IMG/VR virus record: IMGVR_UViG_3300026320_000003
Span: 1-50,248 of that record
Source: a virus
Lineage: Duplodnaviria; Caudoviricetes
Strand: one strand, 5' to 3'
Length of the DNA stretch: 50,248 bases
Shown here: piece after piece, positions 16,544-28,000 of the stretch
How positions within the stretch are numbered: the stretch's first letter is position 1
Layout of the letters: every line of letters begins with the position of its first letter
The notes under the pieces: model-generated
The model's input: the letters and a program-made list of their open reading frames with translations, nothing else
Database searches by the model: none
Told to the model about the DNA's origin: nothing
Made by a program: the position numbers and the translations under genes

Positions 16544-19345
16544 GTGGCTCAGCCAGTAATGCAATTCTCCTTCAACTCTGGCGAATGGGCACCAGCTCTA
16601 AACGCTCGCGTCGACATCGCCAAGTACCATTCCGGTGCTGCCCTCCTTCGAAACTTCTTCGTCGACTATCGAGGCGGAGCCACTGCTCGCCCTGGAACAA
16701 AGTATATTCTCCGGACCAGATTTACCACCACTACTAGATTAATCCCCTTTCAGGCTTCATTGACTGTATCCTATGTACTTGAGTTCGGCGAAGGTTATAT
16801 TCGATTCTTCAACAATGGCTCGCCAGTTTTAGAAGCAGGCGTAGCTATAACTGGAATCACCAATACCGCTGGCGAGGCTACTCTATCCGTAATTAACACC
16901 TATTCGGTAGGCGATTGGATATTCATCAATGGTGTTGTCGGGGCTACACAATTAAACAATAATTACTATATCATTTCAGCCGTCAGTGGCACTCAAATTA
17001 GACTAACCGATCTATTTGGCAATGCAATCCTATTCGCCTCGCTCTCGCCATATATCTCTGGTGGTATCGTAGCCAGGATATACACCCTGGCTACTCAATA
17101 CACAGCCAACGAATTATCTCTACTTAAGTTTGCACAAAACGTCAATACGATGATTTTATGCCATCCTAACCATCCACCTGCTATTTTGACTCTGATATCA
17201 GCTAATAACTGGAGTATTGTCTTTATCGCCTTTGGGACAACTATAGGAACGCCATCAGGATTGGTGACTACTACGACCTTAGCTGCTGGTGCTGTATATT
17301 ATGCTTATATCGTCACCACCGTTGATGGTGATGGTCAAGAGAGTGCACAATCTGTATATGCAACTCTTGGTCCTATAACAGATATTCGATCTGTAGCAGG
17401 AACCAATACCATCTCTTGGACTCCAGTGGCTGGTGCAGTTAGCTATAACGTATACCGAGCCGAACCTAGCTATGCTGGACCTATTCCGGCAGGTGCTACA
17501 TTTGGCTTTATCGGTAATGTACTTGGAACTTCGATAATTGATTCAAATATCGGGCCTGACTTTTCCTCGGGCCCACCAATAATCCAGAATCCATTCTTTG
17601 CTGCTGATGGCGTTGCTACGGTTTATGTAACAGCAACAGGTGTCTACACAGCCGTTCCAACTGTAACGTTTTCAGCATCGCCAGGGGTCACAGCTACCGG
17701 CACCGCTGTGTTACAATGTAATGCAGCAGCTATAAGCGCCGCAGGGATTAACTACGTAGTCGGCGATACCTTAGTTCTACCATCTGGCGTTGTTTTACAG
17801 GTGACTGCCATTGGTGGTGGTGGAGCAATCACTGGAGCAACGATAATCAATCATGGCTCCGTATCCGTAGGGGCTGTGCCAGCGAATCCTGCCGCTCAAA
17901 CCTCGACCAGCGGAATAGGTACTGGTGCCACCTTCAACCTAACTTGGGGACTTAGCCGAGTAAACATAGTCACTCCTGGATCAGGTTATACAGTCCCTCC
18001 ATCCCTAGCATTCTCAGGCGGTGCGGGTGGCGCTGCCATATCGGCACTTGGTTCGGCATCAATAGGCAATCCCACAGTCCCAGGCTTCTTTCAACAGAGA
18101 TTGGTTCTAGCTGGACCTGTAAGCTCCCCACAACAGTTTAATATGTCACAACCAGGGGCTTATTTTAATTTCAATACGAGCAATCCAGTAGAGCCAGACA
18201 ATGCCATCTCTGGAGTTCTAACTTCTGGTCAATTAAATACAATTCAGTCCATGATTATTCAGCCGCAAGGGCTGATTGTTTTTTCAGACAAGCAAGCTTG
18301 GCTAATCAACGGAGGCTCGCCTGGGGCGCCAGTATCTGCAACGCAAATCGTCGCCAACTCTCAAGCCTACAATGGCGCCAGCTTCCCGCCGCCGATCGTC
18401 GCCAATGATAACGTTCTCTATGTTCAATCTAAAAGCTCCATCGTTCGAGACCTTGTATTCAACTTCTATACTCAAGTCTACACCGGAACTGATATTTCTG
18501 TTCTTTCCTCCCATCTATTCTACGGCTTCTCCATCCTTGAGTGGGCTTGGGCCGAGGAGCCGTATAAGCTCGTTTGGGCAGTACGTGATGATGGCACCAT
18601 GCTTACCTTGACCTTCTTGAAGGAGCAAGACTTAATCGCTTGGACACACAGTGATACCAATGGTGCATTCAAGTCCGTTGCTTCCGTTGTTGAAGCCGTC
18701 CCAGCTGGGCAGGTTGATGCAGTTTATACAGTCGTTCAACGAATAATCAACGGAGTTACTGTTCAATATATCGAACGATTCGCAGAACTTTTCTACCCTG
18801 GTGGCATCGCTGATGCTTGGTGTGTGGATGCTGGGCTTCGTTATAATGGGGCTCCGGTCACGACCTTTTCTGGAGCCCAGCATCTAGCTGGGGCAATAGT
18901 GACTGGTTTAGCCGACGGCCAAGTTATTACTCCATTTGTTATGCCAGTAAGCGGTACTTTCGTCCTAGCCACTCCAGCTTCTAAGGTTGTAATTGGCCTT
19001 GCCTATACTCCTCAACTCCAAACCCTCCAACTCGACACTGGCGAGCCGACTATTCAAGGCAAAGAAAAGAAAATCAGTGCGGTGACAGTCAGGGTGAATC
19101 AAACTCTTGGCCTCTCTATTGGGCATACTATCAATACCATGGTACCCATGAAGGACCTAGTCCGGGGCAACGTCGGCTCGGCCACCAACCAAGTCGCTAC
19201 CGATCTTGTCACCGGTGATGCTATGACCATCATCGACCCCCGTTGGACTATCCCAGGTCAATACTTTATTCAACAATCCAATCCATTCCCAGCGTCCATC
19301 CTTGGAGTTATCCCGCAACTAACTGTAGGAAACACCGCCAAATGA
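16544..19345 (+). CDS. Tail tubular protein B (nozzle) with inserted domains
   Basis: QFSFNSGEWAP, GGATARPGT, YVLEFG, FFQQRLVLAG, VWAVRDDG, AWTHSDTNG, VDAGL. Confidence 0.88.
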   Translation: MAQPVMQFSFNSGEWAPALNARVDIAKYHSGAALLRNFFVDYRGGATARPGTKYILRTRFTTTTRLIPFQASLTVSYVLEFGEGYIRFFNNGSPVLEAGVAITGITNTAGEATLSVINTYSVGDWIFINGVVGATQLNNNYYIISAVSGTQIRLTDLFGNAILFASLSPYISGGIVARIYTLATQYTANELSLLKFAQNVNTMILCHPNHPPAILTLISANNWSIVFIAFGTTIGTPSGLVTTTTLAAGAVYYAYIVTTVDGDGQESAQSVYATLGPITDIRSVAGTNTISWTPVAGAVSYNVYRAEPSYAGPIPAGATFGFIGNVLGTSIIDSNIGPDFSSGPPIIQNPFFAADGVATVYVTATGVYTAVPTVTFSASPGVTATGTAVLQCNAAAISAAGINYVVGDTLVLPSGVVLQVTAIGGGGAITGATIINHGSVSVGAVPANPAAQTSTSGIGTGATFNLTWGLSRVNIVTPGSGYTVPPSLAFSGGAGGAAISALGSASIGNPTVPGFFQQRLVLAGPVSSPQQFNMSQPGAYFNFNTSNPVEPDNAISGVLTSGQLNTIQSMIIQPQGLIVFSDKQAWLINGGSPGAPVSATQIVANSQAYNGASFPPPIVANDNVLYVQSKSSIVRDLVFNFYTQVYTGTDISVLSSHLFYGFSILEWAWAEEPYKLVWAVRDDGTMLTLTFLKEQDLIAWTHSDTNGAFKSVASVVEAVPAGQVDAVYTVVQRIINGVTVQYIERFAELFYPGGIADAWCVDAGLRYNGAPVTTFSGAQHLAGAIVTGLADGQVITPFVMPVSGTFVLATPASKVVIGLAYTPQLQTLQLDTGEPTIQGKEKKISAVTVRVNQTLGLSIGHTINTMVPMKDLVRGNVGSATNQVATDLVTGDAMTIIDPRWTIPGQYFIQQSNPFPASILGVIPQLTVGNTAK

Positions 19346-19782
19346 CAGCACTTATCGAACTCGCCGACAAGGCCAAGACAAGACAGTTGATTTTTGAAGC
19401 TAAGGAGGGAATACTAAGCCCAGAAGAGATGGAAATCTTGGATCAATACCTTACCTTCTCGGCGAAGCTCTATATCGGTTCTGTGGATGGAAAGATGTGC
19501 TGTGCCTGGGGAGTAGTCCCACCAAGCTTGATGTCGGATAGAGCCTACCTCTGGTTGTTCTCGACTGATGTTGTAGAGCAATACAAGTTCCTCTTCGTGA
19601 GGAATTCTCAAAGGGCTATTCAAGAGATACTCGAAGAATGGCCTATCCTCACTGGCTATTGCGAAATGCATTCAAACCGCAGCACCCGCTGGCTCAAGTG
19701 GCTTGGGGCCAAGTTTGGTGAACCGTGTAAAGGCCACTCGGCTTGGTATAGGCCTTTTGAGATAAGGAAAGCAGATGGCTGA
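19342..19782 (+). CDS. T7 gp13-like / GNAT-like virion assembly protein
   Basis: CAWGV..AYLWL...NRSTRWLKWLGAKF; follows the nozzle gene. Confidence 0.7.
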   Translation: MTALIELADKAKTRQLIFEAKEGILSPEEMEILDQYLTFSAKLYIGSVDGKMCCAWGVVPPSLMSDRAYLWLFSTDVVEQYKFLFVRNSQRAIQEILEEWPILTGYCEMHSNRSTRWLKWLGAKFGEPCKGHSAWYRPFEIRKADG

Positions 19783-20329
19783 TCCATTTACCTGGGCTGC
19801 AATTGGAGCTGGGAGTTCTATCCTAGGTGGTGGGGTACAAGCCTATGGGGCCTTGCAGAAGGGCTCCGCAGATCAGGCGATGTATAACTACCAAGCCGGT
19901 GTCGCCAAGCTTAATCAGAAGATTGCTCTACAGAATGCCTCCTATGCCCAAGAAGCCGGTGGCTCCGCAGCCTACCAATCTGGGCTTAAGACCGCAGCTA
20001 CTGTAGCACAACAGAAAGTAGATCAATCTGCGTCTGGATTTGATGTCGCTGGAGGATCAGCAGCTGGGGTCAGACAATCTACCACTGCACTCGGCGTCTA
20101 TGACCAGAACCTAATCCGTACCAACTTCGCCAAGAAGGCTTATGGGTTCGAAGTCGAAGCGGCTACTAAAGGCGCCGAAGCTGGGGCGGATGTGATCGCT
20201 GGGGCTCAGGCGAAGAAGGCGGGAGATATCTCTGCTGTGGCTTCCATCCTTGGCACGGCTGGGTCGGTATCTTCTAAGTGGCTTCAAGCTTCATCAAGCT
20301 TCGGCAAGAACGCTTTAGCGGAGACCTAG
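19775..20329 (+). CDS. Internal virion (ejection) protein, gp14-like
   Basis: Gly/Ala-rich with hydrophobic termini, SASGFDVAGGS; synteny. Confidence 0.72.
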   Translation: MADPFTWAAIGAGSSILGGGVQAYGALQKGSADQAMYNYQAGVAKLNQKIALQNASYAQEAGGSAAYQSGLKTAATVAQQKVDQSASGFDVAGGSAAGVRQSTTALGVYDQNLIRTNFAKKAYGFEVEAATKGAEAGADVIAGAQAKKAGDISAVASILGTAGSVSSKWLQASSSFGKNALAET

Positions 20330-22087
20330 TTGGCCCAAGTCCCCTATACTGGTGTTCCATCCCAAACTCTACAGGACATCCCCACTCCTGAGATGCAGCC
20401 GCGTGTTCCTTCGGCTGCCTTCGGCGGTGAGGTAGCACAAGCTATCTCTGGATTAGGTCATACAGTAGCTGGTGCTGGCGATGAAATCTTTGCTAGGGCT
20501 GTCGCCTTACAGAATCTCCAAAACGAAGCTGAGGCTACTGAGGCTGACGCTAAGTACATGCAGGCTGCTGGTGATCTTCATGCCGAATTCAATGCCAAGC
20601 AAGGGAAGGAACGGGTTGATGCGTATCCTAAGTACAAACAGGATTTAGATACAGCTAGGCAAAGTATTCGTGGTGGCCTATCTTCGCCTATGTCCCAGAA
20701 GATGTTCGATCGATCATCTCTATCCACTATGGGCCGATCGATCTTCAATGGTGCCGGTGTAGCTGCCGAAGGTCAACGACAGTATGTTATTCAATCGGCT
20801 GTATCTCAATCAAAGCTAGATGCCAACACCGTCTCTGAAAACCCAGATGATCCAAATACCTTCCAAGATAAGCTTCAACAAGCAAGAAAGAATGCCATCA
20901 CTATATCAGCAGCCAAGGGCAATCCAGAAGGCAGTCCGCAAGAACAATTGGAGATCAAGAATGCTGTAAGCAATCTCTATTATAGTAAAATCGATGGTAA
21001 GGCCAACAAGGATCCCTACACTGCTAGCAAATGGCTAACGAAGTATAGAACCGAACTAAACGATGAGGACTTGCCTAAGCTTGAGCTTAAGGTTAGAAAC
21101 CAAGCTCGGGCTATTGACGCCCAGAATATCGCCAATGAAATTTACAATGAAGGCAAGGCTGGGCCAGGCAAGCCTGGAAAGTCTGCTGTTGAGATGGAAG
21201 AAGCAGCAAACGCTAGGGCCAAAGAGCATGATCCTGATGATCCAGTCTTAGCTCAACATACTCGTGCTGCGGTGCAGAATTTAGTTAGCCGGAACAGGTA
21301 CAATGAAGCTCAGGAGGATCACGCCAATACTTCAATCATCAATCGAAAGATCGTTGGCGGGGTGGCGAGTGAGCAAGAACTCAGGGCCGATCCTGTAGCT
21401 GCTAAGGCTGCGGATGACTTGATCGCCAGTGGTAAGAAGCTCAATCTTGGTGCTGAGATTAACAACTATAACACCGCTCGTGATCGCAAAGACAATATGG
21501 AGCGTTTCAATACCATTATGGGTTCGGCTAATAATGATGTTGAAAGCTTCCTTAATTACAATCCTCGTGCCGACCAGAAGCTTAGTCAGAGCCAAATTAA
21601 CTCCGTGATCGCCAAGCAGGAGCAGTTCAAGAAACAAATCGCTCAAGACCCAAGGGTCGATCGCGCCATGAGCTGGCTTCGCACTGGCAAGTCAGCTGAA
21701 ATGGGGGAGAGTGGCCTTAATCTTATGCATCGAAAAGGCCACGAAGATGACTACGACCGTTTGACTGGAGCAGTTCAATCTTCTCTGGATATTTGGATAG
21801 AGAATCATAATAAACCGCCTAGCAATAAGGAGTTCCTCGAACAGATCGCTCCGCAGCTACTTCAAGAACATGCTGCGCCAGGAACCTTTGGTTATCTCTT
21901 TGGTGGCACTAAAGAACCATTCTTCAAACCGGATACTAGCACTAAGGATTATATAAACTTCGCCAAGAGTGAAAAGCAGAAGGCTTTGGATAGCAGCCGT
22001 GCAGAACCAACTGACGCACAACTTGACCGGGCCTATACTCGTGTTCAACTACTTAGACTCTATCCCGGAAAGGCTACTGGGAAATGA
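20330..22087 (+). CDS. Internal virion (ejection) protein, gp15-like
   Basis: 585 aa helical protein, TTG start after GGAG; synteny. Confidence 0.68.
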   Translation: MAQVPYTGVPSQTLQDIPTPEMQPRVPSAAFGGEVAQAISGLGHTVAGAGDEIFARAVALQNLQNEAEATEADAKYMQAAGDLHAEFNAKQGKERVDAYPKYKQDLDTARQSIRGGLSSPMSQKMFDRSSLSTMGRSIFNGAGVAAEGQRQYVIQSAVSQSKLDANTVSENPDDPNTFQDKLQQARKNAITISAAKGNPEGSPQEQLEIKNAVSNLYYSKIDGKANKDPYTASKWLTKYRTELNDEDLPKLELKVRNQARAIDAQNIANEIYNEGKAGPGKPGKSAVEMEEAANARAKEHDPDDPVLAQHTRAAVQNLVSRNRYNEAQEDHANTSIINRKIVGGVASEQELRADPVAAKAADDLIASGKKLNLGAEINNYNTARDRKDNMERFNTIMGSANNDVESFLNYNPRADQKLSQSQINSVIAKQEQFKKQIAQDPRVDRAMSWLRTGKSAEMGESGLNLMHRKGHEDDYDRLTGAVQSSLDIWIENHNKPPSNKEFLEQIAPQLLQEHAAPGTFGYLFGGTKEPFFKPDTSTKDYINFAKSEKQKALDSSRAEPTDAQLDRAYTRVQLLRLYPGKATGK

Positions 22088-25000
22088 GTAACACCGACTT
22101 CGACGAGGACTTTGATCCAACTAGCTATATAGCTCGACAGCAACAAGCTTCGAGAATGTATGCACTTGGATCGCTGGCTGACGATCCAGAAAAGGCTGCT
22201 AGGGCAGTAGAATTAGGTGATGCTACTGGCGATAAGCCTGCGTTGATTTATGGAAATTTAGAGAATTACGAAGAACAACACAAGGCTGCGTTGACTGCAT
22301 CTCTACTTAATTCAAACAAGTATCTCCGTGAGTACGTCGATGCTGATCCTATGCATGCCAAAATCTCTAACGATGACTACGGCAACCTCGATTCGCTTAG
22401 CGAATCTGTCCAAAAGCTATCTCTATCCCGTCCTGGCTATGCACCAGATGCTATAAGTGGAGCCCTTGCAGTTTTCAGTAGCTCTATTGCTGGAGGGGCC
22501 ATTACCGGCTTCAAGCGTGGATGGGCTAATGTCACCGACCCAAAGCATGTAACTGATGAAGACCTTAAGAACTATCCGCTCTTTACAGCCTTGATGCAAT
22601 CGGCTAGGTTCCCAGTCGATGTCGGTGGGGCATTACTTGAAGCAGGCATTGAAGCTATACATGCTGGAGCTAAGACTGGATACAAGCAGATCACTGGCGA
22701 TGAGATGGGGGCTGAAAGGTTCTCTCGTGATATCGCTGGTATGGCTGAGACAGTTCTTACCAATACCTCAGGCTATCATGGCATCCATGCACCTTCGCCT
22801 GCCCAGTTAGAAAAGGTCCATGGCATCCTCGACAAGGCCAAACCTTGGCTCGACGACTCCAAAGAACCCCCTCGTGGACTTGATCCTGAGATTGACAAAC
22901 TCAAGTTCGAACAAAACAAACTCGACCTGGACAATCTCGATGAAGCCCTTAAAGCTGCCCAAAGCTCTGCTACTCGTGAACGGTCGCCGGAGATTTTTGC
23001 TTCTTTCATTCGCCAGCATACTGATGCTAGTATTGGCATTTCTGGTGATGCTGTGGCTAAGCTTTATGGAGACAAGGTCCCCGAGGCCGGGGATAATATT
23101 CTTGGATGGTCCCCCAGGATTGCTGAGGAAATTCGAACCGCTGTAGCGACTGGTGGGGATGTACAAATTCCGTTGGCCGACTGGCTGGCGAAGGTTGATC
23201 CAGAGGTGGAGAAAGCGCTTCATGATGATATCCGGGTTAGGCCGGGAGGGATTACTAAGAATGAGCAAGAAATTGCAAAGGACTATATCGAAGGTGGGTA
23301 TAAGCCGGCCGAGATCATTCCTGAACCTGCCGACTTAGATGCACGTATAGACGCATTGTCAGAAGAACGCAATTCGCTTAATACTGAGGAATATCAAGGT
23401 GTTCCTAATACAAAGGTTGCTAAGGAGAATGTAGAATTAGCTAGGGCTTTAGAAACAGCACGTGCTGTTGGATTTAATCATGAACAAGCTATGGAATCTG
23501 CTAAATGGGCACTTGAAAATGGCCGTCCTGATATTGCACAAGTCCTAGTTGATCGTGCAGCCAAGCGAGCAGGAAAGCCTGCTAATGTTCCTGGCTTACC
23601 AGAAGGACATCCTAGATACGAGCAGGCTAAGGCACGCATTGCGGAATTAAAGGCAGAAGAACAAACTCAACTTAGTGAGATTAAGGCTGCTACTAAATTA
23701 GAATCTACTGAGGGTGCTATTCCTAAGCCCCCCGAAATCATCCCCGAACCTCTCCCCTCCGTTCGAGGCGCCAGTGGCCTTGAGCCGATGTTCTCCCAAG
23801 GCGATCGGAAGTTGACGCTGGAGAAACGGCCGCCAAGAGAGAAGGCACATGGCTTTTCCTTAGGCCCTGATGCATCGATTCCAGCCGATGAATTTAAGTT
23901 AATTGACGAAAACGGCAAGAACGCTGGCTGGCTAGAAGTAGTTCCATTCGATGGTGGTAAACGTCTATATGTAGACAACGTCGGTGGGTATGAGTCTAAG
24001 GGTTATGGCCCCAATGCCTTCGGTCCAGCCCTCACTCGGGATATCGCCCGCCAACTTAAGGAAGCCTATCCAGAAGCTACCCATATCGGCGGCTTCCGTA
24101 TCTCTGGAGCTAGAGAAAAGGCCGGGACGACTAGGGAGATTTGGATTAAGTTTGACGAGCTTGAAGGATCCAAGGGTGGGCTTTCACGAGGTTGGCTTCA
24201 TGAGATATTGAATCCTACTCAAACCTTTGATATAGGCAAAGCAGGCATCCTTCACTACAGTCCTGAGTTTGCACCGCATCAGGCCGAGGCTGATAAGATA
24301 ATCCGAGCTACCTTAGCCAGGATCGCTCCTGATGCACAGGTCTTTACCCCTAGTCATATTGAAGTCCCAGGTAAGCCCTTCGCTGTTCGTGGCGGCTTTA
24401 TGCTGCCAATGCTTAAGCAGAATCCTTGGATCGTTGTTGCACTAGATGCTGCTGATGCCCTCGGTGTAGCTCGTCATGAGGCAGTTCATTATCTTAAGCA
24501 GTTTGGGTTCTTCTCAGAGAAGGAATGGTTTAATCTAACTCGAGCAGCAAGGGATAATGACTGGATTAAGAAGTTTAGAATTGATGAGCGATACCCCGAC
24601 CTCGATATGCCAAGCAAGCTCGAAGAGGCGATCGCCGAGGGCTATCGAAATTGGGCTCGTGGTGAGGAAGTCCCATCACATCTCCACCCGATCTTCGAAC
24701 GATTGAAAGAACTCTTTGAATCCCTCAAATCTCAGCTTAAAGAACTCCTTGGCCGTGAGCCTACTTGGGAAGAACTCTTCCAGAAGATGGACACTGGCGA
24801 AGTTGGAGCGAGGAAGCCTAGGGGACATGAAGGTGGGGCGTTCCTTGAACCCAAGATGATGGAGGAACCAGAAAAGATAGTAGGTGCAACATTTACTATT
24901 GAAGGTCGTACTTTCACTGGAGCTAACCATGTCGAAGCAATGGAAAAGGCTAATAAAGAACTTGGAAGTGATGTGGTTGCCAACACATTCAGTAAATTGA

Positions 25001-28000
25001 TTTCTGCTGGTACACGGCGTGATGCAGATGGCTTTATGACTTCTACCGGCCGTGTAGTATCTCGCGATGAGGCAACAAAGATTAGTGAAGCGGCCGAGCA
25101 AGGAACTGCTGCACATCCGTCAGGGACATTAAAGGCCGAGGATATTGAGCCAAAGTTCTCCGTCGAAGACAAGCCCATGTTCGACAAGGCCGCTGCGGTT
25201 GGTATGACAGCGGATCAGTTCAAACGCTATATGAAGCTCATCGATCAACGCCACACCGAAGACCTAGCAGCAGCCCAGGCTCGAGCCGAAGCCGAACAGG
25301 GCAAGCGTCTCACCAAAGAATGGAAAGACAACGAGAAGCAAGTCCGTCAAGACGTTTCAGAGTCCATCCGCAATCGCCCAGACGTGGCTGCCGATCTCTT
25401 CTTTGGTGCTGGGGAACTCTATGGAAGTAAAATCGATGGTCGATTCAAGATTGGTGAGAAGTACCTGTCTCCAGAACAAAAGGCCAAGTTGCCTAGAAGC
25501 TACGTTTCTAAATCAGGCATTAACCCTGATGACTTTGCTGGTGAGTTCGGTTATAGTTCCGGCGACGCTATGATAGACCGGCTTGGCGAATATAATGAGG
25601 CCAAGCTCCAAGCTGGCATGTCTACCAAGGATTATGTCAAACGAGTCACCGATCTTGAAGTCGATCGCCAAATGCAAATCAAATACGGCTCGCTTGAGAA
25701 GTCCGTTCTCGAAGAAGCTCAGGACCAAGCAACCTCTGAAACCCAGGTCAATATCCTTCATGAGGAGACCTTAGCGCTAGCCTTGAGAAACAATGCCGAA
25801 GGTAGCATTTCCAAAGACGAGATCAGGTCTTGGGTCAAGCAAGAGTTCGCCAATAAGCCGATTGGCTCCATCTCCTTCGATTCCTACATGACCGCCATGG
25901 GCAAAGCTGGCCGGGCAGCCGAAGATGCTTTACTTAAAGGGGACTTCGCTGAGGCCTTCCGAGCGAAGCAACAGCAGTACGTCGGTATGCTCTATGCTCG
26001 CGAAGCCAAGCAGCTAGAGAAGGCCCGAACCCAATTCGACAAGTTCGCCAAACGCTACAACGTCCGTACGATAAAAGACCAGCCAGCCGAACGTCAAGCT
26101 TGGACTGATGCGATCCATGGTATCTTGCAACAGGTTGAGTTACCAACTGGTGGAAGGGATAGCGCCGAAGTTCTTGGGTCCCTATCAAAAGCTGGCTACA
26201 AGGACATAGCCAGCTTTATCCAAGCCAAGGAATTTCCCCAAGGCCTTGAAGGTCAGAGGCAGGCTATAATCCCCGTCGCCAATTTCCTCCTTGATGGCTC
26301 ATTCAAGAAGCCTTTGGATCAAGTCACCGCAGCTGAGTTTAAGGCTATTCACGATTCGGTTAAGACCTTAGATCACCAAGCCAAAGCAGAGTCCAAAGTA
26401 ATCAAGGGTGGCGAGAAGGCCGATCGTGAAGAGACGATGGATCAGTTGGTGAACCAAATCGAACAGCGGGCACCATCTAAAGAACTTCGAGTAGACCTGC
26501 TTCCGTCGAAGAATTACATGAAGCATTACCTTGCTTCTAGTATAAACCTAGAAACCATCTTCGATACCATTGACCGAAATAACCCAAGGGGATTGATGAA
26601 CCAAACCATCGTTCGCACCTTCACCGAACCGGCCAACGAAGAACGAGCCTTGTGGAATAAATTCGGTGATCGAATCAACGCTCTACCTAAAATCAAAAGC
26701 GCCAACAAACTCGTAGACAATCCCTTCTTCAAGGACCCCCGCACTGGCGAGTTAATGATATTCTCTCGACGGAATGTTCTCACCGTTCTACAGAATATGG
26801 GTAATCCAGGAAACTTCTACGGCCTGCTTCGTGGGTATGGCATCAAGGACGCAATGGCCCCGGCAGTGAAGGATTGGGTTTGGCGGAATGTAGACAAGGA
26901 AGATGTCCAACGTGCTAAGATGCTTGGTAGTATACTTGAGGATTCCAAACACGACCATGCCGACCCTATGTATCGCTATATGACTGGGATCGAACCGCCA
27001 GAGATAGACCTCTGGACGGTCGATGCGCCAGCAACTCATGGTGGCCCTATCGAAGGTTGGTACCATCCCATTATCTACGACCTAAACATGCCGCAAAAGA
27101 GTGCAAAGCTCGCTGGGCAGAATGTTATCGAGCAGCCTTATTACGTCAAGCGCACTCCAACCTCTGGATACACTCAGGTTCGTACTGGCTATACCGGCCC
27201 CTACTCCTTACAACTGGATGGAGTTCAGACTCGTCTTGGTCAAGTCATCCACGATGCCGTTTGGCGACCAGCGTTGGATCAACTGACCAAGATTTTCATG
27301 GACCAAAGATTTCAAACCGCTATGCAAAAGCATTGGGGGAAGGAATACGCAGATCAACTTGAACCATTTCTTCGATCCATCGCCGGGACCGGCGAGTTCA
27401 CTAGTGAATCCCAAGCTGTGGTTTTACATGCTATTCAATTCGTCAGGACTAATATGCTTAGCCACTTGGTTGGATTGAATCCTTCAACCTTCGCCAAGCA
27501 TACATTTACAGCTGCTGTTAATAGTATCACCCAAGTCGGCCTTAGAAACTATGCTGATGCTCAAGCAGCTATGTTCGCGCGTAATCCGGCGACCGGTGAG
27601 ACTAATTGGACATGGCACATTAACGATAGTGAAGAACTTCAAGGTAGACATCGGCACTTTATCGACACCGTTCGTGGAAGCTTCGAAGCCACCTATGGTC
27701 ATCTTGCGGCGGCTAATGATATGAAAAGCTTCTTAGATAACTTCGAAGGGCGGTCATTGAAGGAAGGTGTCCGGGCCGCTGCTTCTGATGTTAAAGCCAA
27801 GTATCTATCGATCCGTGAAGCTCTGATGTACATCGAATCTGCACCCTTAGCCTACGGTGATCTATTCACTGCTGTGCCTACTCGGTACGCAGCATACGAA
27901 AAGGCTATAGCCGAAGGAGCCGATCGAGGCCAAGCCAAGTTCGAAGCCGATCGTGCTGTGCGTATGGCGCATGGGTCTACGGCTTTAACAAACCGACCAC

